DNA of 64,000 bases from Bacteroidales bacterium (GTDB lineage Bacteria; Bacteroidota; Bacteroidia; Bacteroidales; UBA932), in contig JAZRZH010000052.1 of assembly GCA_045601245.1 (NCBI GenBank), positions 48,975 to 112,974 on the forward strand, in the 5' to 3' direction. Both the position numbers and the translations under genes were made by a program. The notes beneath the pieces are model-generated. The model was not told the origin of the DNA. It did not search any database and saw only the letters and a list, made by a program, of their open reading frames with translations. Positions within the stretch are counted from its first letter, which is position 1. Each line of letters opens with the position of its first letter. This document shows positions 1 to 9,118 of the stretch, piece by piece.

Positions 1-833
1 ATGACGACATCGACCGGGACGTTGGAGCCGAAGCCCTCATCCACGCACTCGAACTCGTGTCCGATGAATGAGACCTTGCGGTCCTCGATCATCGTGGCGT
101 CGAGGATGTTGCTCTCGCCGATGAAGTCGGCGACGAAGGAGTTTACAGGTTCGTTGTAAATGTCCGTAGGCGTGCCGATCTGCTGTATCTTGCCTTCATT
201 CATCACCACGATGGTATCGGAGAGCGTCAGAGCCTCCTCCTGGTCGTGGGTGACGTATATGAAGGTGATGCCGAGCTTCCTGTGCATCTCCTTCAACTCG
301 ATCTGCATATCCTTGCGCATCTTCAGGTCGAGGGCGGCCAGCGGCTCGTCGAGCAGCAGCACCTTCGGCTGGTTGATGATGGCCCGGGCTATCGCAACCC
401 TCTGCTGCTGGCCGCCGGACAGGGAATCTACATCACGGTCCTCATAGTCGGACATACTCACGAGCTTGAGGACCTTCTTGACGCGTTTGTTGATTTCTTC
501 CTGTGGGGTGCCGGTCAGCTTGAGGCCGAACGCGACATTGTCGAAGACATCGAGGTTGGGAAATAATGCGTAGCGCTGAAACACTGTGTTCAACGGACGG
601 CGGTACGGAGGGACCTCGGAGATGTCCCTACCGTCCATAAAAAGGCTGCCTTCGTCCGGCTTGGTGAAGCCGGCGATGATGCGGAGTGTCGTGGTCTTGC
701 CGCATCCGGACGGACCGAGGAGTGTGACGAATTCACCCTGCTTGATATTCAGGCTGATATCATCGAGCACCTTGACGCCGTCGAAGGTTTTGGAGACATG
801 CTCCAGTTTGATGATGAGGTCGTTTTCGTTCAT
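1..833 (-). CDS. potA: Spermidine/putrescine-type ABC transporter ATP-binding protein (PotA-like); 3' end lies outside the window
   Basis: Absent from the ORF track because it runs off the left edge. Minus-strand translation from the ATG at 833-831 reads [19 protein letters not shown]...[11 protein letters not shown] (Walker A), [14 protein letters not shown] (ABC signature), [11 protein letters not shown] (Walker B), then a PotA/MalK-like C-terminal part. Plus-strand ORFs 160-447, 246-566 and 586-915 are its shadows. Confidence 0.85.
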   Translation of the reverse strand, partial: MNENDLIIKLEHVSKTFDGVKVLDDISLNIKQGEFVTLLGPSGCGKTTTLRIIAGFTKPDEGSLFMDGRDISEVPPYRRPLNTVFQRYALFPNLDVFDNVAFGLKLTGTPQEEINKRVKKVLKLVSMSDYEDRDVDSLSGGQQQRVAIARAIINQPKVLLLDEPLAALDLKMRKDMQIELKEMHRKLGITFIYVTHDQEEALTLSDTIVVMNEGKIQQIGTPTDIYNEPVNSFVADFIGESNILDATMIEDRKVSFIGHEFECVDEGFGSNVPVDVV

Positions 834-902
834 TTCGGGCACAAAAATAAAAACTAATTCAATAGTTCATTGTTTTTTTGCAAAAAATGAATGCAAAATT
901 CG

Positions 903-2588
903 TCATTTTGCATAACTGCTGCCGCCGACGAACTCCCTGATGAGGGAAGTCGCCGGAATTTCCTTGTCTGGAACTGCCGTGAAATAGTGGAGGAACCTGA
1001 GCAGCCTGTGGGCTTCGCAATACTCCGGACAGTTCTTCGGAATGCTGGCCAGAATCGGCTCCGCGTGGTTGCGCATCACGGCGAATTCGATCAGATATGC
1101 AGAGTTGAACATCACGTCCGCGTTCTCCTGATAAGGATATATCCACTGCTCCTCGGCTTTGCGCACGTTAGGCCACTGGGCTATGGTCTCGCGTGGCGAA
1201 AAAGCGCCCTTGTTGTAGTCGCGCACAATGCGGCGGAGAAGACGGTTGTCGCTGGTAGGCACCCAGTTGTGGTCGTCCAGAGGGATGCTGGTGATGGTGG
1301 AGATGAATATCTTGAACTTGCTCTCGTCCGGAACCCTGTCGGTAAGCCGCGGATTGAGGGCGTGGATACCTTCGAGAAGCAGCACGGTACCCGGCGAGAG
1401 AGTGAGCTTCTTGCCGTTGTATTCGCGCAGTCCGGTGACGAAATTGAACTCAGGGACCTCGACGGTTTCGCCCGCGAGGAGCTTCAGGAGGTCTTCCTGC
1501 AGTGCATCGTGGTCGACGGTGTCGAAATTGTCGAAATCGTAGCTGCCGTCAGGAAGTTTCGGAGTCTCGACCCTGTTGACGAAATAATCATCCGTGGAGA
1601 ATGATACCGGGCGCAGGCCGCAGGCCTTTATCTGCACGCTGAGGCGGCGGCAGAAGGTGGTCTTTCCGCTGCTCGACGGGCCGGTGATCAGCACGACGCG
1701 CAGAGGGTTCTCACTGTGGCAGCGGCGCTCGATCTCCTCTGCGATCTGAACGATCTTCTTCTCCTGAAGCGCCTCCGACACCTGGATGAGTTCGCTGCCC
1801 TGACCGTTGAGGCAGGCGTGGTTGAGGTCGCCCACAGTGCTGAGGTTCATTATGATATTCCATTTGAGATTTTCGCTGAACATCTCGAATGTCTTCGGCT
1901 GGTCCACGAAAGGCGCGACGATGGACGGGTTCTCACTGTCCGGCACGCGCAGCAGCATCCCCTGCTGGTAAGGCATAAGGTCCCATACCTTCAGATATCC
2001 TGTGGAAGGGACTAGGCGTCCGTAATAATAGTCCGCAGTATCACCGAGCATATAGTAGTCCGAATAGACCTCTCCGCTGGTCTCGAGCAATTTTACCTTG
2101 TCGTCGCTGCCCTGCGCCGCAAATATCCTCACCGCCTCGTCAAGCGGCACCTCGAATCTGCGGAACGGGATATTCTCCGCCACGAGACGGAGCATTTCGG
2201 AACGGATGTCGCGGATATCGCATTCGGTGAGCGGGGTGTTGTCCGCCTTGTGGAAATTGCAGTAATATCCGTTGGAAATGGAGTGCTCCATATAAACCCG
2301 GCCGCCGGGGAACACGTCGGACGCCGCCTTTGTCAGCAGGAAACAGAGAGAACGGCAGTAGACGCGTCGTCCGCTGGATGAAGTATAGTCGACATACTCG
2401 ACCTCCTTATTGGTGAAAGCCCTGTATTTGAGCCCCTGGGAAACATTGTTGACCTTCGCGGAAATGGCCGCGAACCCGTCGGGGAGATTGAAGGAAGGAA
2501 GCATCTCCAGAAGCGAAGTGCCCTCTTCGAACTCCACTGCGCGGGAAGTGTTCTTGCAAAAAATTGTAATCATCCTCTTTCCGGACAC
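903..2588 (-). CDS. Nucleoside/uridine kinase family protein with N-terminal TGS/ThrRS-like region
   Basis: 561-aa ORF. P-loop ITGPSSSGKTTFCRRL sits in the C-terminal half, followed by a uridine-kinase-like region (LLLEGIHALNP). The N-terminal ~250 aa resemble the TGS plus second-additional-domain architecture. Alternative start is M6 at 2573. Confidence 0.6.
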   Translation of the reverse strand: MSGKRMITIFCKNTSRAVEFEEGTSLLEMLPSFNLPDGFAAISAKVNNVSQGLKYRAFTNKEVEYVDYTSSSGRRVYCRSLCFLLTKAASDVFPGGRVYMEHSISNGYYCNFHKADNTPLTECDIRDIRSEMLRLVAENIPFRRFEVPLDEAVRIFAAQGSDDKVKLLETSGEVYSDYYMLGDTADYYYGRLVPSTGYLKVWDLMPYQQGMLLRVPDSENPSIVAPFVDQPKTFEMFSENLKWNIIMNLSTVGDLNHACLNGQGSELIQVSEALQEKKIVQIAEEIERRCHSENPLRVVLITGPSSSGKTTFCRRLSVQIKACGLRPVSFSTDDYFVNRVETPKLPDGSYDFDNFDTVDHDALQEDLLKLLAGETVEVPEFNFVTGLREYNGKKLTLSPGTVLLLEGIHALNPRLTDRVPDESKFKIFISTITSIPLDDHNWVPTSDNRLLRRIVRDYNKGAFSPRETIAQWPNVRKAEEQWIYPYQENADVMFNSAYLIEFAVMRNHAEPILASIPKNCPEYCEAHRLLRFLHYFTAVPDKEIPATSLIREFVGGSSYAK

Positions 2589-2628
2589 CTGCCGTTCGGG
2601 TACGGTCCTGTGCGGCGGTGTCCGGGTA

Positions 2629-2636
2629 CAAAGTTA
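2629..2636 (-). promoter_or_regulatory. Candidate Bacteroidetes -7 promoter box TAACTTTG for the 903-2588 gene
   Basis: Plus strand reads CAAAGTTA, which is TAACTTTG on the minus strand and matches TAnnTTTG. It lies 40 nt upstream of the ATG at 2588. Confidence 0.4.
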
Positions 2637-2662
2637 ATTACAATTTGTATTGAATAATTGTG

Positions 2663-2670
2663 TATATTTG
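2663..2670 (+). promoter_or_regulatory. Candidate -7 promoter box TATATTTG for the EF-hand membrane protein gene
   Basis: TATATTTG matches TAnnTTTG and lies 33 nt upstream of the ATG at 2704, in a divergent intergenic region. Confidence 0.45.
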
Positions 2671-2703
2671 CCAATTATGAGATAATTATCAACAAAACCA
2701 AAT

Positions 2704-4713
2704 ATGAAGAACACAGACAAATACAACTGGCAGTTCTGCACTGTGGGCGGCGTCACCCGCGTCAACATCACAAGCGGAAAGGACATCGTGCACCTCGGAG
2801 AACTCGACCAGAAACTCTGGACCGCGCTCAGCTGCCCTGTCACGGGTCTCGAATTCGATGCGGCCACCCTCGCCTACCTTGACACGAACAATGACGGACG
2901 CATCCACGTCAACGAAGTTGTGGATGCAGCCAAGTGGCTCACAGCCATCGTGAAGGATCCCGAAACCCTGACAAAGGGCGCCGACGGAATCGCCACGGAT
3001 GCCATCAATCCAGAGACAGAGGAGGGCAAGGCGATACTTGAAGGCATCGCAAATGCTTTCAAGGCCGCGGGCATCGAAGCCAGGGAGACCATCGGCCCGG
3101 ACGACACCGCAGCGGCGCTCGAAGTGTTCGCCAAAGCAGCTGCCGAAGCCAAGGCAGCCGACGAGAAGGTGCTTCCTTACGGAGCGGATACCGAAGAGGT
3201 CCTCGGACTCGTGGCAAAGATCAAGGCCAAGATGGACGACTGGTTCCTCCGCAACCGTCTTGCAGCATTCGACACCGAGAGCACAGCCGCCCTCGACGTA
3301 TCTGCGGAACGCATCGCAACGATCAGCGCGAACGAACTTCCGGGCTGCATCGACGAGATTGCAACCTACCCTCTCGCCCGCATCACCGGTTCACCGGAAC
3401 TCTCACTCTCGGCTGCGATCAACCCGGCCTGGGCCGCTGATTTCGCAAGATTCAAGGCCATCGCGATAGACAAGGACCTCCCTGGTGCCACCGTTTTCAC
3501 GGAGGCAGACTGGAATGCCATCCAGGGCAAGCTCACGGACTACACCGCCTGGAAAGAGGAGGTAAAGAAGAAAGCCGATGACTTCCTCGCAGAGCAGAAG
3601 GCCGAAGCTGAGACCGTCAAAAACGTGGACAAATTCCTCCGCCTCAACAGGGATTTCTTCAAGTTCCTCAAGAATTTCGTGACATTCACTGATTTCTATT
3701 CAAGGAAAGAGGATGACCCTGCGATCTTCCAGGCAGGCAAGCTCTATATCGACCAGCGCTGCTGCGATCTCTGTATCAAGGTCAGCGACATGGGCCGTCA
3801 CGGCGACATGGCGGTCAGGAGTGGAATGTTCCTGCTCTACTGCAACTGCGTCTCCAAGGTGAAGGGCGCCGCTATGACAATAGCCGCACTTGTTTCCGTA
3901 GGCGATGTCCGCAGTCTCCACGAAGGCCAGAACGGTATCTTCTACGACCGCGACGGTCACGACTGGGACGCCACCGTCACAAAGATTGTCGAGAACCCTA
4001 TCAGCGTCCGCGAGGCATTCTGGTCCCCATACCGCAAGTTCGCGAAGTGGTGCAGCGACAAACTCGGAAAGTCTGCCGCCGACAAGGAGGCGAAAGCCAC
4101 CGGTGACCTCACCGCAAAGGCGGACGGCATCTCCATCCCGGCCGGCGGAGCCGCAGCGGACGGCAAGAAGCAGGCATTCGACATCGCCAAATTCGCCGGC
4201 ATCTTCGCAGCGATAGGAATGGCGTTGGGCTTCATTCTCGACGCTCTCGTAGGTCTGCTCGACAGCCTCATCAAGATGCCTTGGTGGGGATTCTTCGTAC
4301 TCATCGCAGCCATCATCCTGCTGATTTCCGGACCGTCGATGTTCATCGCCTGGAGCAAACTCCGCAGACGCAACCTCGCCCCTGTCCTCAACGCCAACGG
4401 ATGGGCAATCAACTCCCGCATCCTTGTCAATACCGCATTCGGCGCAACCCTCACCAATGTTGCAAAATACCCTAAGGTTAAGGGTGAGGATCCGTTCAAG
4501 AAGAAGACCCCGGCCTGGAAGAAGGCCGTCAGATGGTTCCTCCTGCTAGCGGCCATCGCATTCGCGGTTCTCTTCTTCACCGACAATCTCAAATGCATAG
4601 GACTGCCTTTCCACAAGGAGCAGCCGGCTGAGGAGATTGTCGAGGCTGTAGAAGCGGCAGAAACTCCGTCTGAGGCTCCCGCAGAGGAAGTCCCGGCCGA
4701 ACCGGCAATCTGA
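2704..4713 (+). CDS. Uncharacterised EF-hand-containing membrane protein (669 aa)
   Basis: Canonical 12-residue EF loop DTNNDGRIHVNE at nt 2881-2916. Then a long Ala/Glu/Lys-rich soluble region and a Cys-containing middle domain (IDQRCCDLCIKV...LLYCNCV). At least three C-terminal hydrophobic helices (FAGIFAAIGMALGFILDALVGLL, WWGFFVLIAAIILLISGPSMFIAW, VRWFLLLAAIAFAVLFFT) and an acidic Pro/Glu/Ala tail. A terminator follows. Confidence 0.85.
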   Translation: MKNTDKYNWQFCTVGGVTRVNITSGKDIVHLGELDQKLWTALSCPVTGLEFDAATLAYLDTNNDGRIHVNEVVDAAKWLTAIVKDPETLTKGADGIATDAINPETEEGKAILEGIANAFKAAGIEARETIGPDDTAAALEVFAKAAAEAKAADEKVLPYGADTEEVLGLVAKIKAKMDDWFLRNRLAAFDTESTAALDVSAERIATISANELPGCIDEIATYPLARITGSPELSLSAAINPAWAADFARFKAIAIDKDLPGATVFTEADWNAIQGKLTDYTAWKEEVKKKADDFLAEQKAEAETVKNVDKFLRLNRDFFKFLKNFVTFTDFYSRKEDDPAIFQAGKLYIDQRCCDLCIKVSDMGRHGDMAVRSGMFLLYCNCVSKVKGAAMTIAALVSVGDVRSLHEGQNGIFYDRDGHDWDATVTKIVENPISVREAFWSPYRKFAKWCSDKLGKSAADKEAKATGDLTAKADGISIPAGGAAADGKKQAFDIAKFAGIFAAIGMALGFILDALVGLLDSLIKMPWWGFFVLIAAIILLISGPSMFIAWSKLRRRNLAPVLNANGWAINSRILVNTAFGATLTNVAKYPKVKGEDPFKKKTPAWKKAVRWFLLLAAIAFAVLFFTDNLKCIGLPFHKEQPAEEIVEAVEAAETPSEAPAEEVPAEPAI

Positions 4714-4736
4714 GCCAGGTCGGATATCGTATAAAA

Positions 4737-4773
4737 GAAGTGGCTTCCGCGAGGGAAGTCACTTCTTTTTTTT
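4737..4773 (+). terminator. Rho-independent terminator after the EF-hand protein gene
   Basis: 12-bp stem GAAGTGGCTTCC / GGAAGTCACTTC (one G-U pair), 5-nt loop, followed by T8 (4766-4773). Confidence 0.7.
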
Positions 4774-4780
4774 ATCTTTG
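4773..4780 (+). promoter_or_regulatory. Candidate -7 promoter box TATCTTTG for the HAD hydrolase gene
   Basis: Matches TAnnTTTG and lies 22 nt upstream of the ATG at 4803. Confidence 0.45.
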
Positions 4781-4802
4781 CAAGATAAAGAAATCAGTTG
4801 CA

Positions 4803-5660
4803 ATGGCACACAAAAGACCTACTGTAGCACTCATCTACGACTTCGACGGCACCCTCTCGCCGGGCAACATGCAGGAGTTCGGTTTCATCCAGGCTATCGG
4901 CAAGACGCCGCAGGAATTCTGGGAACTCAGCAACCACAATCCGGAGGGACAGGAGGTGAATTCAATCCTCTCTTATATGAAACTTATGATCGAGGAGGCC
5001 GGGAAAGCTGGGATTTCCCTCACGAGGGATTCATTCGTTTCGTTCGGAAGGAACATCAAACTGCACAAGGGTGTGCTGGAATGGTTCTCCATCATCAATC
5101 AGTACGGCCGCGAACACGGCGTGAATGTGGAGCATTACATCAACTCCTCCGGGCAGACAGAGCTCATCGAAGGCACGCCAATCGCGAAGGAATTCAAGAA
5201 GATCTTCGCCTGCTCATTCTGGTACGACAAGAACGGCAAGGCCGTCTGGCCGGCAGTAGCCGTGGATTACACCGGCAAGACCCAGTTCATCTTCAAGATC
5301 GCGAAGGGAATTATGGACATCAGCGACAACAAGAAGGTCAATGAGAGCCAGAAGGAGGACGAGAAGCCGGTGCCTTACAACAATATGATCTATCTCGGCG
5401 ACGGAGAGACCGACGTACCTTGCATGAAAATCGTCAAGATGTTCGGCGGCAACTGCATCGCCGTCTATCAGGACGACAACGCAAAGCAGAAAAGCACAGC
5501 CCACAAACTCCTCAGGCAGGACAGGGTCAACTTCATCTGCAGGGCCGACTATTCCGTAGGCAGCGAGATTTACGAAGTCGTCACCACCATCATCAACAAA
5601 GTCAAAGCCGAAGATGACTTTGTAAGACTCCGCAAGAAGAAAGGTAACTATGCCAAATAA
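4803..5660 (+). CDS. HAD-superfamily hydrolase (phosphatase-like)
   Basis: ORF-track entry 4740-5660 starts at a GTG inside the terminator. The ATG at 4803 gives MAHKRPTVALIYDFDGTLSPG with HAD motif I (DxDGT), and a later GDGETD motif (HAD motif IV-like). Confidence 0.75.
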   Translation: MAHKRPTVALIYDFDGTLSPGNMQEFGFIQAIGKTPQEFWELSNHNPEGQEVNSILSYMKLMIEEAGKAGISLTRDSFVSFGRNIKLHKGVLEWFSIINQYGREHGVNVEHYINSSGQTELIEGTPIAKEFKKIFACSFWYDKNGKAVWPAVAVDYTGKTQFIFKIAKGIMDISDNKKVNESQKEDEKPVPYNNMIYLGDGETDVPCMKIVKMFGGNCIAVYQDDNAKQKSTAHKLLRQDRVNFICRADYSVGSEIYEVVTTIINKVKAEDDFVRLRKKKGNYAK

Positions 5661-6036
5661 ACGCAACCACCACGCCGCTTTCGTGGCGCTTTTCATCCTT
5701 TATATGGGTCTGGTGACCTACCTCTGCTTCGGTCACCCAACCACCGTTTTCAAGATTCCGAAGACACTCTGGGGACTTCCGTTCGACAAGTGCGTCCACT
5801 TCCTGATGTTCTTCCCGTATCCTTTCCTGGCACAGGAGGCATTCTACCGCAGGAACAAGTGGCGCTCGATGGTACTCGTAATCCTCACGGGCCTTGTGCT
5901 GTGCTTCACGATGGAGCTGCTTCAGGACAGGATCACCACATACCGCACCACCGACCCGTGGGATCTATCCGTCAACGTCGCCTCCATCACAATCGCTTCC
6001 ATCATCACTGCGATAATAAACCTTTTCAGAAAATAG
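5650..6036 (+). CDS. VanZ-like small membrane protein
   Basis: 128 aa with four hydrophobic segments and HFLMFFPYPFL, typical of the VanZ family. It overlaps the HAD gene by 11 nt. Confidence 0.55.
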   Translation: MPNKRNHHAAFVALFILYMGLVTYLCFGHPTTVFKIPKTLWGLPFDKCVHFLMFFPYPFLAQEAFYRRNKWRSMVLVILTGLVLCFTMELLQDRITTYRTTDPWDLSVNVASITIASIITAIINLFRK

Positions 6037-6043
6037 TCCGCCG

Positions 6044-9000
6044 ATGAAACGTCTCTTCACCCTGGCGGCATCGATGCTCCTCGCCTGCACCATTTCCCTG
6101 GCGGCGGAGAAGCCGATACCCGCGTTCGCAACGATGTGCGATTCGCTGACCGCATACCTCTGCCGCACCGCAAATCTTGAAAAGAAGCTCTATGTCTGCG
6201 GCGCATCGGTCTCGGGCGGCAAACTCAACCTCATCTTCAGCTTCGCGCTCAGCGAATACCCGTTGAGGGATACCACCGTGGCGCGCATATATGACATCGT
6301 GGACGACAACCTGCCAGCCAAATACAAAGAGTACCGCGGCAAGACCACAATCAGGACCAACGGCCAGAAGATCGAGGATCTTTCCTCTAAATATTATAAA
6401 TCCAACAGGAGCAACTCCTATGTGAAGGACCACGCCAGGCTGGTGGGTATCCCGCACGCCAACATACCCGCTCCGCTTGTCAAAGACCTATCACGCGTAT
6501 ATCCCGTGTTAAAGGGGCTTGAGAACAGGCATATCGCATTGTGGCAGAGCCACGGCTACTACTACGAGAACTCCCTCAAGCGCTGGGAATGGCAGCGCGG
6601 CAGGCTGATGCAGACCGTCGAGGACCTCTACACCCAGGGCTATGTCCTCCCGTTCCTTGTGCCGATGCTCGAGAATGCCGGTGCGAACGTGCTCCTGCCT
6701 CGCGAAAGGGACTGGAACACGGATGAGGTGATAGCCGACTACGATATGGCCGGCTCAGGATATGCGGAGAGCGGAACCTGGTCCGACGCGCAGGGTGAAG
6801 GGTTCTGCGACAAGGGCGGCGAATATATAGACGGCGAGAACCCGTTCACGATGGGCGGCGTCAGGATGACCTCCGGAATGGGCGATGACGGACAGAAATG
6901 TACAGCATCCTGGACGCCCGATTTTCCGCACAAGGGACGCTATGCCGTTTACGTATCGTACAAGACATTGAGCAACAGCACCACTGCGGCGCGGTACGAA
7001 GTCCGCCACAGCGGAGGGTCGTCATTCTTCTCGGTCAACCAGAAAATGGGCGGAAGCACCTGGATATACCTCGGCACGTTCCTTTTCGACAGCGGTGCCT
7101 GCGCCGGTCAGGGCGTCTACCTCACGAACTCCGCATCCGGCGGCAGGACGGTGGTCACCGCGGATGCAGTGCGCTTCGGCGGCGGAAAGGGCAATATCGC
7201 CCGCAGCCCGCTCAACCCGGACTTCGCCGTCAAGCCGGAGACATCCGGCTATCCGAGGGCGGCGGAAGCGGCCAGATACTGGCTGCAGTGGGCCGGATTC
7301 AACGATTCGATCTACTCCCCCACCAAATTCGAGAAAGATTACAATGACGACTACCTGTGCCGCGGCAAATGGGTCAACGCCCTGAGCAACGGCTCCTATG
7401 TCAATCCGAAGGAAACGGGATACAATATCCCGATAGACCTCTCCTTCGCATTCCACAGCGACGCCGGCATCGCCGACAGGGACTCCACCATCGGCACGCT
7501 GGCGATCTACACCAGGGTCGCAAGAGGCAAAGAACTTTACGCCAACGGCGAGAAACGCGCCATAGCACGCGACTACGCCGACATCGTGCAGACACAGATA
7601 GTCTCGGACATCCGCGCGTCATACGACCCGGAATGGTCCCGCCGCGCCCTGCGCGACAAGTCCTATTCGGAGAGCAGCACACAGGAAGTCCCGGCCATGC
7701 TGCTGGAATTCCTCTCCCACCAGAACTTCACCGATATGCGCTTCGGACTCGACCCGGGATTCAGGTTCGTGGTCTCCCGCGCTGTATATAAGGGAATGCT
7801 CAAGTATCTGGCCTACCTCAACGGCACCGACTATGTAGTGCAGCCGCTGCCGGTCAACAGTTTCTCCGCAGCGCTGTCGGAAAGCCAGAGCGGCGGAAAA
7901 TTCGCCGAACTCAAGTGGAAGCCGACGGAGGACGCGCTTGAAGAGACAGCGGCGCCGACCGGATATATCGTATACACCCGCAGGGGTGACGGCGGCTTTG
8001 ACAACGGCACTGTGACCGGGGAGTGCTCCTTCAGCGTCGAAATCGACGATGGGGAAATATACGGATTCAAGGTTGCGGCCTTCAACGAAGGCGGCGTCAG
8101 TTTCCCGTCAGAAGTGCTCTCAATCGGCACGTCAAAGGGCGAATCCCGGGGCAAGGTGCTCGTCGTGAACAATTTCGACAGAGTCAGCGCTCCTGCCTGG
8201 TTCTCTGCCGGAGACTCGACTTATGCGGGATTCCGCAACTTCATCGACGGTGGAGTGCCGTATATCGAGGATATCACCTTCTGCGGAGAACAATTCGACT
8301 ACAGATGCCGCAGTTCCTGGAAAGATGACGACAATGCCGGATTCGGAGCATCCTACGGCAATTACGAGACGATGGTCATCGCCGGCAATACATTCGATTT
8401 CCCGGCCGTCCACGGCAGGGCGCTGCTTGCAGCGGGCTACGACTTCTGCTCCTCATCCGCAGCCGCATACGCGGCCGGAGATGCGGATACCACAGGCATC
8501 TTCGCGCTGGACCTGATATGCGGCAAACAGATCACCACTTCGACCGGTTACAAGGGCGCCGGCAAACTCCGCTACACGGTATTCCCAGAGGCGCTCCGCA
8601 CCAGGATCAGCGGTTATGCCGCAGCCGGAGGCAACATACTGATATCCGGAGCCAATATCGCATCCGACCTGTGGGATCCGGTTTTCGACTATGACATCGA
8701 CTCCACGATGCGGGCGGATGTCATCGATCCGGGCCGCAAGTTCGTCACGGATATCCTCAAGTACAAATGGAGATCCAATATGGCTACCGCCACCGGTTCA
8801 GTGACTTCCGTACAGAATCCGCTCAAGCTGGAGCCGGGTGTGAAGTATGAATTCCACATCAAGCCAAACACTGTCCGCTACCACGTGGAATCCCCCGACG
8901 CAATAGAGCCGGCTGACAAGAGCGGCGCATACACGATATTCAGATATTCCGACAACAACATATCTGCCGGAGTGGCCTATATGGGCACCGATTACCGCGT

Positions 9001-9118
9001 GGTCTCGCTCGGATTCCCAGTAGAGACCCTCACCAGCCAGGAGCAGATCGACGGTCTGATGGCCGGAATAATGACACTTTTTCAAGTAAGTAGGCAAGAA
9101 GCCCGAAGCCTATTTTGA
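6044..9118 (+). CDS. Large secreted multidomain protein (amidase_3-like core, golvesin C-terminal-like and FN3-like modules; this family is often annotated 'xanthan lyase')
   Basis: 1024 aa with a signal peptide MKRLFTLAASMLLACTISLAA. Segment ARYEVRHSGGSSFFSVNQKMGGSTWIYLGTFLF resembles the golvesin C-terminal-like domain. SFAFHSDAG ... PAMLLEFLSHQNFTDM resembles zinc amidase_3 motifs. An FN3-like stretch is LKWKPTEDA...YGFKVAAFNEGGVSFPSEV. Confidence 0.5.
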   Translation: MKRLFTLAASMLLACTISLAAEKPIPAFATMCDSLTAYLCRTANLEKKLYVCGASVSGGKLNLIFSFALSEYPLRDTTVARIYDIVDDNLPAKYKEYRGKTTIRTNGQKIEDLSSKYYKSNRSNSYVKDHARLVGIPHANIPAPLVKDLSRVYPVLKGLENRHIALWQSHGYYYENSLKRWEWQRGRLMQTVEDLYTQGYVLPFLVPMLENAGANVLLPRERDWNTDEVIADYDMAGSGYAESGTWSDAQGEGFCDKGGEYIDGENPFTMGGVRMTSGMGDDGQKCTASWTPDFPHKGRYAVYVSYKTLSNSTTAARYEVRHSGGSSFFSVNQKMGGSTWIYLGTFLFDSGACAGQGVYLTNSASGGRTVVTADAVRFGGGKGNIARSPLNPDFAVKPETSGYPRAAEAARYWLQWAGFNDSIYSPTKFEKDYNDDYLCRGKWVNALSNGSYVNPKETGYNIPIDLSFAFHSDAGIADRDSTIGTLAIYTRVARGKELYANGEKRAIARDYADIVQTQIVSDIRASYDPEWSRRALRDKSYSESSTQEVPAMLLEFLSHQNFTDMRFGLDPGFRFVVSRAVYKGMLKYLAYLNGTDYVVQPLPVNSFSAALSESQSGGKFAELKWKPTEDALEETAAPTGYIVYTRRGDGGFDNGTVTGECSFSVEIDDGEIYGFKVAAFNEGGVSFPSEVLSIGTSKGESRGKVLVVNNFDRVSAPAWFSAGDSTYAGFRNFIDGGVPYIEDITFCGEQFDYRCRSSWKDDDNAGFGASYGNYETMVIAGNTFDFPAVHGRALLAAGYDFCSSSAAAYAAGDADTTGIFALDLICGKQITTSTGYKGAGKLRYTVFPEALRTRISGYAAAGGNILISGANIASDLWDPVFDYDIDSTMRADVIDPGRKFVTDILKYKWRSNMATATGSVTSVQNPLKLEPGVKYEFHIKPNTVRYHVESPDAIEPADKSGAYTIFRYSDNNISAGVAYMGTDYRVVSLGFPVETLTSQEQIDGLMAGIMTLFQVSRQEARSLF

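Noticed and set aside
891-913. AT-rich palindrome ATGCAAAA-TTCGTCA-TTTTGCAT spanning the stop codon of the 903-2588 gene, considered as a terminator or regulator site for potA.
   Set aside because: The stem is 8 bp and almost all A-T, with no following T-run on the relevant strand. Similar TTTGCA/TGCAAA words are common in Bacteroidetes intergenic DNA.
9110-9118. The 9-nt overlap of the convergent 6044-9118 and nhaC genes, and the 4-nt overlap of trmD with the DUF4954-like gene, considered as possible antisense regulation.
   Set aside because: Short 3'-end overlaps of convergent genes are common in compact genomes, and no additional structure is visible.
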